A stretch of 64,000 bases of DNA from assembly GCA_964514565.1 (NCBI GenBank), contig CAZERA010000002.1, positions 68,111 through 132,110 of the forward strand. Reading direction: 5' to 3'. Of the stretch, positions 9,587 to 20,414 are shown piece after piece (positions within the stretch are counted from its first letter, which is position 1; the number at the start of each line of letters is the position of its first letter). Under the pieces are notes generated by a model, which worked only from the letters and a program-made list of their open reading frames with translations, was not told where the DNA came from and searched no databases. The stretch comes from an uncultured Candidatus Peribacteria bacterium (lineage in GTDB: Bacteria > Patescibacteriota > Gracilibacteria > RBG-16-42-10). The position numbers were made by a program, and so were the translations under genes.

Positions 9587-11482
9587 TTAAGACCGTTTAG
9601 TGTATCGCTTCCAAAGGGCTCTAAATGGATGCTTTTGGGTAAATTGTTGATAAGACTGAAGTTCATTCACGACTCGCATTTTCTCTCCCAGTAAAGTCTG
9701 AGATTTATCCTTCAGCTCCTCCAGCGCCTGAATGTATTTGTCCCTTTCAAAAATCAATTTATCCATACTTTGTATAATCGAAAAACGCTCCTCGGCTAGT
9801 AAAAATAGCTGCTGGTTTTTCTGAGAAATAATATCTTGGTAAGTATTAGGATGAACAACCGTAGGAATTATTAACTCACACAAATTCTGGAAATCCTGAG
9901 GCTCTATACTACGAAATATACTTTGAGAAATAGTAATCTCCCTCTCAAGGAAGAGATCTATTAGATTGCTATTAACAGTTGGATCCAACTCCTGCAGAAC
10001 AACTAAAACTGCCTCTCTCAATGGCTTACCACGGAGTTTTTCAAACCGACTCAGCAAGGCAATATTATCTACTAACCAGTAAAAAAGTGATCTAAATAAA
10101 ACAAAACTAGTATCAGCATCAAACTGTCCCTGCCACTCATTATCAAAAGCAACAAAGCCTTTCTTTTCAATATCCACTAAGACATTGGAAAATGTGGCAT
10201 CATGATCAATCTGTCGAAGAGCAAAAGTACTTTCTAAATAGGAATTAAAATAACGAAGCCACTGCAGCCACAACTCCCAGTCACTCGCATATGCTAACTG
10301 ACAAAGATATACAGCAAAAAGCGGCAAAACAACAAACTCTGCTGTATGTACCGATTGCAGTTGTGCAGCCACACGAGAGCGAGTTACCTCATTGTGATTG
10401 GCTTTTTTCGAAGCAATAGACCAAAACTTCTGCTGACGCTTGTAACTTGTATAATGAACAAAATCATATGGCACAATAGAGTCTTTTCCGCTTGGTGATA
10501 CAAAGAACAAAAATGAATCCGAAAAGTGACTTGCTGTATGATTGTTCGTCAAAGCAGTCCACACTAAATTAGTATGGACCGGAGTAGAAAAGTTATTATC
10601 ATAATTTGCAGGCCTGCTATTATACAGCAAATTAGCACTATAAGGAGCATTGTTAAGGAAGTCAGCTTCTACTAAAGTATTGGGAAATTTATAATCAGGA
10701 AACGGTAATTGTAGATTGATTATAGATACACCAGCTTGATCGAATAGCAGCTCCCATTTTTTTTGGCCAAAAGTCTTAATAGAAGAAAACTTAGCGCTAG
10801 GGTAATCATACAAACCAACATAAGGCTCTTCAAAATGGTCTTCTTCATAGCCCAAAAAATATTTCAGGCCTAATTGGTTCTCAATAGCAATTACTATCTG
10901 GCCCTGAGGTTTAAGATATCTTTTTAGTTTCTTTAGAAAATTCACCACCAAATCTTCACTACTAGAAGTAGTATCTTCAGGATAAAAAAGCTTAATATAC
11001 TCAAAAACACCAATAGCAACAATCACATCAAAACTCTCTTCAGGCAATAAGATATCATGCATATTTGCATGAAGAACATGAACATTATCCAAAGTCGAAC
11101 AACGTAAATTCGCCCCCTTAGCACGATTGAGGCTCCCCTCAATTGCAATCACTTCAGCTGGATTCTTTTCCCCCAATACTCGCGTAATAGCCCCAAAACC
11201 ACAACCAACCTCCAAAATACTGGTTTCACTATCTACTTTTAAATGCCTAAGTAAATTACCCCTTACAGGTGAGAAGTGATAAGTAGTAAAACGATCATCA
11301 CACTGATCAGCCAGCTCTATGGAAGTACTCGATTTGTCTTTAGCTGCTTGCAAAATAGCCAACGCCCGAGCTTCTTGGCTATCACCATCAGTATAACCGA
11401 TGCTTGTAGCGATATCTTTACTATGCAATCCTGGCTGCAAAGTCACTAATTTATTTTCTTTTTTGATCCAATCAAATAACAT
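9587..11482 (-). CDS. SAM methyltransferase with kinase-like segment and C-terminal coiled coil (WbdD-like architecture)
   Basis: LEVGCGFG, IGVFEY, IAIENQLGLKYF; DATFSNV..FDNEW; heptad-rich tail. Confidence 0.7.
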   Translation of the reverse strand: MLFDWIKKENKLVTLQPGLHSKDIATSIGYTDGDSQEARALAILQAAKDKSSTSIELADQCDDRFTTYHFSPVRGNLLRHLKVDSETSILEVGCGFGAITRVLGEKNPAEVIAIEGSLNRAKGANLRCSTLDNVHVLHANMHDILLPEESFDVIVAIGVFEYIKLFYPEDTTSSSEDLVVNFLKKLKRYLKPQGQIVIAIENQLGLKYFLGYEEDHFEEPYVGLYDYPSAKFSSIKTFGQKKWELLFDQAGVSIINLQLPFPDYKFPNTLVEADFLNNAPYSANLLYNSRPANYDNNFSTPVHTNLVWTALTNNHTASHFSDSFLFFVSPSGKDSIVPYDFVHYTSYKRQQKFWSIASKKANHNEVTRSRVAAQLQSVHTAEFVVLPLFAVYLCQLAYASDWELWLQWLRYFNSYLESTFALRQIDHDATFSNVLVDIEKKGFVAFDNEWQGQFDADTSFVLFRSLFYWLVDNIALLSRFEKLRGKPLREAVLVVLQELDPTVNSNLIDLFLEREITISQSIFRSIEPQDFQNLCELIIPTVVHPNTYQDIISQKNQQLFLLAEERFSIIQSMDKLIFERDKYIQALEELKDKSQTLLGEKMRVVNELQSYQQFTQKHPFRALWKRYTKRS

Positions 11483-11484
11483 AA

Positions 11485-12714
11485 CTACTTATTAGAAAAC
11501 CACTGGTGTGGCATAAATATGACGCCTCGGTACAAAGTACGCAACTCATGAGGATAAATTTGAATCGTCTTTATTTTGTAAGCAAAATCATAATATTTTG
11601 ATTCATCCTGACCAAAGCAAACTACATTGAGATAATAAGCACCAGGGAGAAGATCAACCACTGGAAAAGCCAAGTCCACCATATCACCCAATATCTCAAA
11701 GTGATCCATTTGAGTATTGTACCCCCAAATATAGCTACCATTGTCAGCATAAAGTCCCACACCTACATTGACCACATCAAATGAACTTTTTCTTTTTATC
11801 TTTACCCTTATCGTGATAGCTCCTCCACTTTTAAACACTCGTTTTTCGGCACCTTCAACATCGAGTAACGATACTTTTTCAATACTAACTGTTTTGATAA
11901 TTTTTTCTGAAGAATCAGGCTCAGCTTGTTCAGAACGTATTTCCTCATCAGAGATATTTTGATTGATATACTCAGCAACAACATCTTGAGGCTCTCCAAT
12001 TGCTGCCACCTTGCCATCGCGCATCAGTAGAGCTCGATCACAGTACTTTTGTACAGTAGCACTATCATGTGTCACTAAAATCACAGTCTTACCTTCATCT
12101 CTGTATTTATGGAATTCGTCAAGGCACTTCCTTTGAAAGTTAGTGTCTCCCACTGCTAATACTTCATCCATCAGTAAAATATCGCGATTGGCATGGATAG
12201 CAATAGAAAAAGCCAATCGAACTTGCATTCCCGAAGAGTAATTCTTCAATTTTTGATCAATAAATCGTCCCAACTCTGAAAAAGCTACTATTCTATCAAA
12301 CTTCTTCTGTATATCTTTGCGCGCAAGTCCCAAGAGTGACGCATTGAGAAAAATATTATCTCGACCAGATAACTCATAGTTAAATCCGATTCCGAGCTCT
12401 AGAAAAGGTGACACCAAACCATGAACAGCTACACTCCCGGTATCTGGCTGGTAAATCTGGGCCAAAATCTTGAGTAGAGTAGATTTACCACTGCCATTTC
12501 GACCAATAATACCCAAAAACTCTCCTTTTGCTACCGAAAAAGACACATCGTCCAAAGCTACAAACTTTTCATATGAAGTTTTTTTGAATCCTTTCAACAA
12601 GAAATCCCGAGTACTATCCACACGTTCATGTGGTAAAGCAAAACTTTTTGATACATGAGAAACCTCAATAATAGGTTGCGATACAGACGAAAATTCAACA
12701 GCTTTTTTAGACAT
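11485..12714 (-). CDS. wzt: Polysaccharide ABC exporter ATP-binding subunit with C-terminal carbohydrate-binding domain
   Basis: GRNGSGKST, YSSGMQVRLAF, MDEVLAVGD, VTHD; C-terminal beta-rich extension. Confidence 0.93.
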   Translation of the reverse strand: MSKKAVEFSSVSQPIIEVSHVSKSFALPHERVDSTRDFLLKGFKKTSYEKFVALDDVSFSVAKGEFLGIIGRNGSGKSTLLKILAQIYQPDTGSVAVHGLVSPFLELGIGFNYELSGRDNIFLNASLLGLARKDIQKKFDRIVAFSELGRFIDQKLKNYSSGMQVRLAFSIAIHANRDILLMDEVLAVGDTNFQRKCLDEFHKYRDEGKTVILVTHDSATVQKYCDRALLMRDGKVAAIGEPQDVVAEYINQNISDEEIRSEQAEPDSSEKIIKTVSIEKVSLLDVEGAEKRVFKSGGAITIRVKIKRKSSFDVVNVGVGLYADNGSYIWGYNTQMDHFEILGDMVDLAFPVVDLLPGAYYLNVVCFGQDESKYYDFAYKIKTIQIYPHELRTLYRGVIFMPHQWFSNK

Positions 12715-13477
12715 GTTCCGCTGATCTTTTAGTAATATTCACAAATGAAAAGAAACTGACTAAAGTCACACAGATCACCCCCAAAACATACAACCAGATG
12801 TTGATGCTTTGAGGGACATTCTGCGCACTGACTACGCCTTGAGCATGCTGAATTATTAATGTCATTGGATTGAGGTATAACAAAGACTGTACCGATGCGG
12901 ACAACACAGAAATAGGATAAATGATCGGCGTGGCATAAAAAGCAGCCAATAGAATCACCTCCCAAATTTGGTTAATATCTCTAAAACGCAGATAAAGTGG
13001 AGATAGGAAAAAAGAAACGATTAAAATCAGTAAGTACACAACCAAAGCATAAAAAATTAATTGAACCCAAGCCATAAGAGAAAGGATCAATCCACTAAAA
13101 AAACAAAATATTGCCAAGACGCCTAAGCTCATCAGAAAGCTAAAGCACGTATTAAGAGTACTAGCCAACACAATGATCCATTTCGGTACAAAGATTTTAG
13201 TAATAATATGTGCCTTTGATAGTAAAGAGGTTATACCGACCATTGTTCCCTCAGCAAAAAAGTTCCAAAAGATCAAGCCTGTTAGTAAGTTTAAAGAATA
13301 TGAAGCAGTATTTTTGAAAACATGAGAAAATACAAAACTGAGAACCCCAAAGATTGCCAACGGCTTGAGAAGTACCCAAACAATCCCTAATGCCGAGCCA
13401 TGGTAACGCAACTTAAAATCAGTCTTGGCCAACATCCATACTTTTTCCCATGAATGTGAACGAACTACAGATGCCAT
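12707..13477 (-). CDS. wzm: Polysaccharide ABC exporter permease
   Basis: DFKLRYHGSALGIVW..LKPL, RDINQIW, FYATPIIYP, LNPM. Confidence 0.92.
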   Translation of the reverse strand: MASVVRSHSWEKVWMLAKTDFKLRYHGSALGIVWVLLKPLAIFGVLSFVFSHVFKNTASYSLNLLTGLIFWNFFAEGTMVGITSLLSKAHIITKIFVPKWIIVLASTLNTCFSFLMSLGVLAIFCFFSGLILSLMAWVQLIFYALVVYLLILIVSFFLSPLYLRFRDINQIWEVILLAAFYATPIIYPISVLSASVQSLLYLNPMTLIIQHAQGVVSAQNVPQSINIWLYVLGVICVTLVSFFSFVNITKRSAEHV

Positions 13478-13572
13478 AAAAAAAACTAAAGATAAACACT
13501 TAATCACACACTACACTAGATCAATCAAAAGATAAGCAAAAATTCCTGGATCAGCAATAGCTCTATAAAAGT

Positions 13573-14382
13573 TTAGCTGTCTTTTGTATGAGCAAATACT
13601 CTAGTATAGACTAGAGTTAAAGTGCGGTGTACGAAGCTATCTTTCTTGACCACACGAAATATGACAGATACAAGAAAGTGATACAAAGACGCGAGCCACT
13701 TTCTTGGGTAATATTTAGTATATTTAGCCAACATTAATTTGTTTTGTTTCAGCTGACTAACATAAAACTCATCAGTCAGTGACCCCACCTCTTCTTTGAC
13801 TATTGTGGTGGTATCGCTGAGATTTTGTAGTTTTGCATACTGGCCAAGTCGCATCCACAAATCCCAATCCTCACTATATTTGAGACTCTCATCGTATCCT
13901 CCGACCTTTTCAAATAAATCGCGTCTCATCACAATAGTAACATGTGAGAAAGGACATCTAAATAGCATCTGATTGCGAATAGCTTGATCTGTCAGTGGAT
14001 TAATAATAGTGCGATTACCGATCTTAATTCCTGTCCCAATTACCCCAATCTGCGGGTTAGATTCAAGTATTGCGACCTGTTTAGCAATCTTACTAAAATC
14101 AGTCCAAATATCATGATCATCAAGTCGCGCGATATATTTGCCTTTAGCTAGCTTACATCCAATATTGAGTGACCTCTGAATCCATAAACGTTCTGGGTTG
14201 TGAACCACAACAATTCCTTGCAGTTCATTCAAAACATCTTTGGTATTGTCAGTACTACCATCATTAACAATAATAACCTCCAAGTTGGGATAATCTTGGG
14301 ATCGCACAATCTTCAATGCTTCAAGAATATTCTGAGCCCGATTGCGAGTAGGAATTACCACACTAACCAATGGAGTACTCAT
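13573..14382 (-). CDS. GT2 glycosyltransferase
   Basis: VSVVIPTRN, VNDGSTD, RLDDHD, GGYDE..SEDWDLW. Confidence 0.9.
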   Translation of the reverse strand: MSTPLVSVVIPTRNRAQNILEALKIVRSQDYPNLEVIIVNDGSTDNTKDVLNELQGIVVVHNPERLWIQRSLNIGCKLAKGKYIARLDDHDIWTDFSKIAKQVAILESNPQIGVIGTGIKIGNRTIINPLTDQAIRNQMLFRCPFSHVTIVMRRDLFEKVGGYDESLKYSEDWDLWMRLGQYAKLQNLSDTTTIVKEEVGSLTDEFYVSQLKQNKLMLAKYTKYYPRKWLASLYHFLVSVIFRVVKKDSFVHRTLTLVYTRVFAHTKDS

Positions 14383-15497
14383 AATTGCTTAGTATCATCA
14401 ATCATCCTCTTTGTATACAACTCCTCATATTTTTGCAAAGCAGTCTCCCAACTGAATGCTTTGTATGTTAGCGCTACAAATTCGCCATTCACAGCTGCAT
14501 TAAGCGCCCTAACCCAATCATCTACTGAGCCAGGCAGAGCAAATACCACCTTTCCAGAAACTACTTCAGGCAAAGCTCCGGCCTGACTCACGACCATCGG
14601 GATTTGCATAGCAGCAGTCTCAGCAGCAAAGAAACAAAACTCTTCTGTCAAAGATGGGACCACCACAACATCCGCCATTGCCAAATATCGTGGCATGTCA
14701 CTATGCGGCACAGGATCTATTACCAAGACACTATTGGTCAATTTATTTTCCTGAATAAAATTGATCACACGCTGATACTCCCGTTTAGAATCTTTGGCCA
14801 ACATCAATACCAACCGAATTTCAGCAGCACTTTTCTTAAAAGCCTGTAGTAAAGTCTCAATCCCCTTCATCCGACTAGGACGCCCCGAAAATAAAAACAC
14901 CTTTTCAGAATCATCAATGCCCAACTTTCTACGGTCAATACTATTCCGCGGTTGAGCATGAAAAAGAGTGGGATCAATACCATGATAAATCACACTAACT
15001 TTTTCTTTACTAATACCCAATTTAAATAAATTATTAGCAGTAAATTGAGACGGCACTACATAATGATCAAACTTCTTACTAAAAAGCCTAGTCTCATACC
15101 TATGACATAAAAGCGCGATAAACCAGGTCAGCCCTAATTTAAACCACACCTCACGCAAATACCCATGAACCAGAAGTATTACTGGGATAGACAGCTTTCT
15201 CTTTATTTTAGCACCAAGAAAACCAGCACTATATGTAGAAACTTGGACCAAATCACTTTCTAAAGCCAAAGCATAAGCAATTTTTTCTGCTTGCCAAGGA
15301 AACGTAAGACGATTAAGAGTTTTGATTCTAATTACACGCACGCCATTAATCACCTCTTCTAGCTGTACTGCAGCAGCTGCTTGCGTCAGCACAGTTACAT
15401 CATGTTTTTCAGCTAAGGATTCAGCCAACTTTTGGTGAACTACTTCAGCGCCACCAATATAAGGATAATAATAATCAACAATAAAAAGAATTTTCAT
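14379..15497 (-). CDS. GT4 glycosyltransferase
   Basis: YYPYIGGAE, YHGID, SGR..KG, PSLTEEFCFFAAE. Confidence 0.9.
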   Translation of the reverse strand: MKILFIVDYYYPYIGGAEVVHQKLAESLAEKHDVTVLTQAAAAVQLEEVINGVRVIRIKTLNRLTFPWQAEKIAYALALESDLVQVSTYSAGFLGAKIKRKLSIPVILLVHGYLREVWFKLGLTWFIALLCHRYETRLFSKKFDHYVVPSQFTANNLFKLGISKEKVSVIYHGIDPTLFHAQPRNSIDRRKLGIDDSEKVFLFSGRPSRMKGIETLLQAFKKSAAEIRLVLMLAKDSKREYQRVINFIQENKLTNSVLVIDPVPHSDMPRYLAMADVVVVPSLTEEFCFFAAETAAMQIPMVVSQAGALPEVVSGKVVFALPGSVDDWVRALNAAVNGEFVALTYKAFSWETALQKYEELYTKRMIDDTKQL

Positions 15498-16858
15498 AGT
15501 TTCTTCGCCTCAAAATGTTTATACCAAAATTGCCACGTAAGTAGTAACCAAATCACAAAAACAAAATAAAAGGTAACATTATGTTTAGCAAACTCATTCC
15601 ATCCGTCTCCTACAAAACTAATCATCAACTGCAAAGGCAAAAAGAACGGTAATGCTATCAACAATAGTCCTTCTGAAGTCCAACCATATTTCTTACGCCA
15701 AAGTACAATAGCTTGAATAAAAGCTATTATCAGTCCTGGCAGCAGAATAAATGGCAAGATCTTCTGCCAAAAAGAGGTAATCTTTGTTTCTAAAATGAAA
15801 CTAGGAGAAAAGTCTACGCTTCTATTGCCCAAGTTATCAGGCCGTGGCTCAGCTACAAGCTGATGAATAAGTTCAATCCCCTTCTCTGCCACAATACCAG
15901 GATGGGTGAAATAATATTCAATGATGCCGCCATGACTTACCTTGCTATAAAAATCTTTTTTCACTGCATCAGAGAACCCAGCGGCCTGCCAAAAATCTTG
16001 ACCTACATAGTGATAATAAATAGGCATCTCTAGGTGGAAATCACGCAAAATCTGAGAAGTATCCTGATTACGAATCAACCCTTGGAAAAAGCTATTGAAT
16101 ACATTGGGACTATTACTTTCTCCTTGAGAAATATTTTGAACACTGAGCACCAAACCACAAGCAAAAATCACAGCTACTGTTCTCAAAGCTTTACCAGCTC
16201 GATGCCAGTACTTGATTAACAAAAGCCCCAAAAGCAACAAAAATGACACATTAGAAATCTTGGAAAGTCCAATCCCAACTATCATCAGCCATTCCCACCA
16301 AAAGTGTACTTTTTTACTTTGAAAGAGCGCAATAAAGAAAAGCAAAAAAATAAAGGTAGCACTCTCTTGATAAAATGAATTGAAATAAGCAGTAAACAAA
16401 ATATCAGAGAGAAACAAAAGTGATATCACCGAAAAGATAATGACCGAGAAGAAGGTCTTATGATCTGCATTTTTAATAAAAAGATAATAAGCCCATGTAT
16501 AAAACATACAATGAACCAAACCAAGTATAAGCAAAGGAAATACCGGCCAATGCAACAGCCAAGTAATGACATATGCTAGTCCCACAAATAAAGCACCAGA
16601 ACTCACTACCTCTATATGCCATGGCAGGCTCTTGATAAACACTAAACTTATATGATCATAGTAGTAGGCCCCACTAGCATCGGGATAAGCCAAACCAAAA
16701 GGATCCATTAGTCTCCAATAATCATGATTGTCAGCTAATCCAAGTGGCAGTGGAAAAATCAAAGTGCTAATCAAAACCAACAAAAACAGTCCCGCCCCTA
16801 AAAGAGCAGCGATTCGAAGGAGATGCGGATGATTTACAACTTTGATTGATCGGAACAT
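15494..16858 (-). CDS. Multi-pass membrane GT-C-like protein (WsfD-like)
   Basis: GLADNHDYWR, YFNSFYQE, GDG..EFAKH motifs; many TM segments. Confidence 0.6.
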   Translation of the reverse strand: MFRSIKVVNHPHLLRIAALLGAGLFLLVLISTLIFPLPLGLADNHDYWRLMDPFGLAYPDASGAYYYDHISLVFIKSLPWHIEVVSSGALFVGLAYVITWLLHWPVFPLLILGLVHCMFYTWAYYLFIKNADHKTFFSVIIFSVISLLFLSDILFTAYFNSFYQESATFIFLLFFIALFQSKKVHFWWEWLMIVGIGLSKISNVSFLLLLGLLLIKYWHRAGKALRTVAVIFACGLVLSVQNISQGESNSPNVFNSFFQGLIRNQDTSQILRDFHLEMPIYYHYVGQDFWQAAGFSDAVKKDFYSKVSHGGIIEYYFTHPGIVAEKGIELIHQLVAEPRPDNLGNRSVDFSPSFILETKITSFWQKILPFILLPGLIIAFIQAIVLWRKKYGWTSEGLLLIALPFFLPLQLMISFVGDGWNEFAKHNVTFYFVFVIWLLLTWQFWYKHFEAKKL

Positions 16859-17181
16859 TGGGGATCTTTCAAGGCGACATCACGTACGACTCTGGTCAGA
16901 CGCATTTCTAATACTTCACAAGCAAGAATCAGCTGGAATACAATAAAGAAGAGCACAGCAATTGAAGAAAAGATAATGACATTGAGACCAGATTTAATAC
17001 CCAAGAAACCAGAAAGACCTTCCACTGAAGATGGCCATAGACCAACGACAGCAAATGTACTCCAAATCACCACCCACAAAAGTAATTCACGCCAGGTCTT
17101 CTCACCGCGTCGGAAACGAGAAAACGCTTTCGCAATCATGATCAAACCAAGTATTGGAGCTAGGATATTCAGTAAAAGCAT
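16834..17181 (-). CDS. DUF2304 family small membrane protein
   Basis: Three TM segments, LGIKSG, C-terminal LEMRLTRVVRDVAL; directly follows a GT2 gene. Confidence 0.8.
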   Translation of the reverse strand: MLLLNILAPILGLIMIAKAFSRFRRGEKTWRELLLWVVIWSTFAVVGLWPSSVEGLSGFLGIKSGLNVIIFSSIAVLFFIVFQLILACEVLEMRLTRVVRDVALKDPQCSDQSKL

Positions 17182-17202
17182 AGTAACAAAATTTAAATAA
17201 CA

Positions 17203-17871
17203 TTAACGCATCAAGCTTCGCACAATCAACTTAAACATCGTAGTGATTCCTGTAGAAAGATTTTGTCCTTTGGCCAAAGTTTCCTGTGAGTAATACACCT
17301 TGATCGGATACTCACAATAAGCTAATCCTTCTGCAGCCACCTCTCTCACAATTTCACTACAAAATTCAAAACCGTTGGCAGTAATGGAAATATGCGCCAG
17401 CGCATTCTTAGAAAACACCTTAAAACCAGATTGACTATCACTCAAATAAATCCCCGACAAGAAAAAAGTCAGAAGGTTCCCCGCCTGATTAGCCATTCTC
17501 CTGACGAGGGGTACTTTATTGGCCTGTAGAAATCTGCTTCCAAACACAATATCTTTTTTTTGCTTTACCAAAAAATCTACCATCAAGGGGAGGTCATTGG
17601 CTTCGTGTTGGCCATCAGCATCAAAAGTAGCCACATAATCAGCATCCAGCGTCCTTGCGTACTCTAGCCCCGTTTGAGTAGCCGCCCCAGGGCCACAGTT
17701 GATCATGTGACGAATCACTAACGCTCCAGCCTCACGAGCAACACGACTGGTTTGATCATGACTGCCATCATCTACCACAATCACAGCTGAAACAAATGGT
17801 TTCACTGCGGCAATTGTCCTGGCGATACGTAGCTCTTCATTGAGAGCGGGAATGACCACTACCAATTTCAT
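17203..17871 (-). CDS. GT2 polyprenyl-phosphate glycosyltransferase (DPM synthase-like)
   Basis: VIPALNEE, VDDGSHD, TFDADGQH, FGSRF, DSQSGFK. Confidence 0.88.
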   Translation of the reverse strand: MKLVVVIPALNEELRIARTIAAVKPFVSAVIVVDDGSHDQTSRVAREAGALVIRHMINCGPGAATQTGLEYARTLDADYVATFDADGQHEANDLPLMVDFLVKQKKDIVFGSRFLQANKVPLVRRMANQAGNLLTFFLSGIYLSDSQSGFKVFSKNALAHISITANGFEFCSEIVREVAAEGLAYCEYPIKVYYSQETLAKGQNLSTGITTMFKLIVRSLMR

Positions 17872-17874
17872 ACA

Positions 17875-20382
17875 CTAAAGGGCAATTTCAAATAAAATGA
17901 TACCGTTACGATACTGAGCTTGATCCTTTGGTGCAATCACTTTTAAGTTTTTGAAGGCAAATTGCTTGAAACGATTGGTCTTACGATGCAACGTACCTTG
18001 AGTATTCTGCTCAATTGTTTCGGTATTAGTATCATAGACAATATAATGAAAGCCCAGTGTACGTAATCGGTCGAGAGTACGTACATCATCTGTGCCATCA
18101 CCATCAATACAACGGAAAGTATCCAGCTGAGCATCGTCATACACACGTTCACGGTTGTTATCAATAAAGTAATTAATAAACGTACCAATCCGATAAATGT
18201 AGTGTGGACTGGTCACTGTAGGCCCATCACTATTCAAGGCAGCAATAATGGCAGGATACGATTGATTGGTACTACGCAGAACATCTTGGGTACTCATAAT
18301 CCCAAATGCATAAGCCATCTGGCCGGTATTAGCGAATTTAGCTTCACGCAGAAATCCAGTGCTTACTAAAGAAATAACAATTATCAAAGGTACAACATAC
18401 TGCCCCAACCACATTTGTTTTTGGGCTAGTTCTTTTACTCTGACAATCAAAAGCAAGCCAGGTAAGAAACCGGCTAAGCCATACCAAGGAACACCAGATG
18501 CGACAAACAACCAAAAATACCAAATCAAACAAAAACAAAGTAAGATATTTTGCCAAAAATGAGGCCAATCAGCTTTGCGCCAGAAAAGAAGTAGGAGTGG
18601 AATCAAGGCTAAAAACAGAAAACTAATATCAACATAAAACCCCGATTGGTTGATATTCATAGTTAAATCCCAAAAAACAGAGGTATATTTCTGTAGTAAG
18701 TTTGGTTCATTACCGATATAACGCCCCAGCTCTTCAGTGCCGCCGGTGTAAGTACAAACACTTGGGTTAACACTAATTTTATTCCAAGCTATCTGTGGAG
18801 CAGGAGATGCACCACCATAAAATATCGTGGAAATAAAACTACTCACAGACAAAACTGGAGTATCGCTAATCACTTTAAAAGTCCACGGCAGCCAAATCAC
18901 AAACATGCCTACAATCAAATAGGCAGAAGCACGTAACCATGACCGGTAAGCTTGTCTTTTAATTAAAGCAATAACTATAAACACCAATGCGATTGCGACT
19001 GAAATCCATACAATCCAAGAACGCCCAGTGGCAGGAATATCAGATACTGTCACAAACTGATAGAAGTACAAAGCATGCAATAGAAAACCTACAGCCAAAG
19101 CCCACCACTTACTACCATAACGCCACCCCAATATAATGAGGATTGGAAATAAAGCTAATGCAGTAGTTATCTTTACCGCTAACGCTATTCCCCAGAAAAC
19201 ACCCGCCAGTCCCAACCACTGCACTGATTTCTTTCCTTCAGCATGCTGCTGTAGGGCCCTGAAAACAGTATAAAAACCAATAACAATAAAGAAAAACAAC
19301 GGCGGATCCAGCTTCATATCAGCAAACGACTGATGCATGATCATGGGTAAACCATACATAATAGCAGCCATCACAATACCAGCTTCGCTGCTAACGAACT
19401 TCTTCCCAAGTAAGTACACCGCCCACAGCCCCAATATTCCTCCCCACCAAGCTAGAAACATTGCCCAGGTAGCTGAGTTAGCAACCAAGTAGCCTAAACT
19501 AGTAATGAGCATATATGCCTGCCCAGTATAGCCTTTGAGCAAAGCCCCCTTCATTGCTATCTGGCGAGGAAAATTCATATACACGCCCAAATCATCCCAG
19601 CCAATCGGAAAAGGACGAATCAAATCAATGATATTAAATCCAATAATCGTAAAAAGAATCAAACACCACACCCAATTCATCTTACGGTAAGAAAAACTAA
19701 TGGTGACTTCTTGCCAAAGGAAATCATTAACCACAGATCGCCAAGCTGTCCAAATAAAAATAACCGAGCCCAGACCAAGGATCCCTACAACTAGGAGGTT
19801 AAAAAGTCCAAGCAACCCGAGTCCGGCCAACAAAGTAATTAGTAGTGTTAAGCCTAACGCCACACCCAAAACCATCCGCTCCAATCTACTTTCAAACTCC
19901 CAGCCCAATAAACCAAACACTCGATAACCAATTCCTGCTACTACTAGAGTAAGACCAGTGAGGAAAAGCAAAATGGGAAAAGCATAACTCCAAAATGACC
20001 ATAGAGCGCCAGTCCAGGTCAAATCCACAGCTGCTCTTTGAGTCAGCTGGCTGATAAAGCTCACCGTAAAAGGCGACATGGCATAATAAATCACCAAGAT
20101 CACACTAATAAAAAGCATTCCCCATAGCCAAAGACTGTACGGACGGACCTCTCTAGTCACCACTTCGTCATTTTTGTTCATGTAGTTGGCAAAAGACCAA
20201 CCAGCAATGAGAAATAATCCAGCAAGCAATACTGGTAGCAAAATACCTTTATTGTTGAAGACCGCATCAAAGTAACCAATATGGTGTTGGAAATAAGACA
20301 ACATAATTGTTGCCACAAAACCAACTCCCACCATCAAACGAACTATCTGAGCCATCAATGCTTTTTTCATGAGAATAAACAC
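17875..20382 (-). CDS. Large GT-C (PMT/ArnT-like) membrane glycosyltransferase
   Basis: More than 15 TM segments; PIGWDDLGVYM acidic loop, DMKLD, ALAVK. Confidence 0.6.
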   Translation of the reverse strand: MFILMKKALMAQIVRLMVGVGFVATIMLSYFQHHIGYFDAVFNNKGILLPVLLAGLFLIAGWSFANYMNKNDEVVTREVRPYSLWLWGMLFISVILVIYYAMSPFTVSFISQLTQRAAVDLTWTGALWSFWSYAFPILLFLTGLTLVVAGIGYRVFGLLGWEFESRLERMVLGVALGLTLLITLLAGLGLLGLFNLLVVGILGLGSVIFIWTAWRSVVNDFLWQEVTISFSYRKMNWVWCLILFTIIGFNIIDLIRPFPIGWDDLGVYMNFPRQIAMKGALLKGYTGQAYMLITSLGYLVANSATWAMFLAWWGGILGLWAVYLLGKKFVSSEAGIVMAAIMYGLPMIMHQSFADMKLDPPLFFFIVIGFYTVFRALQQHAEGKKSVQWLGLAGVFWGIALAVKITTALALFPILIILGWRYGSKWWALAVGFLLHALYFYQFVTVSDIPATGRSWIVWISVAIALVFIVIALIKRQAYRSWLRASAYLIVGMFVIWLPWTFKVISDTPVLSVSSFISTIFYGGASPAPQIAWNKISVNPSVCTYTGGTEELGRYIGNEPNLLQKYTSVFWDLTMNINQSGFYVDISFLFLALIPLLLLFWRKADWPHFWQNILLCFCLIWYFWLFVASGVPWYGLAGFLPGLLLIVRVKELAQKQMWLGQYVVPLIIVISLVSTGFLREAKFANTGQMAYAFGIMSTQDVLRSTNQSYPAIIAALNSDGPTVTSPHYIYRIGTFINYFIDNNRERVYDDAQLDTFRCIDGDGTDDVRTLDRLRTLGFHYIVYDTNTETIEQNTQGTLHRKTNRFKQFAFKNLKVIAPKDQAQYRNGIILFEIAL

Positions 20383-20414
20383 AATTCGCGAGCAGTATAG
20401 TTTACCCTTACAGG

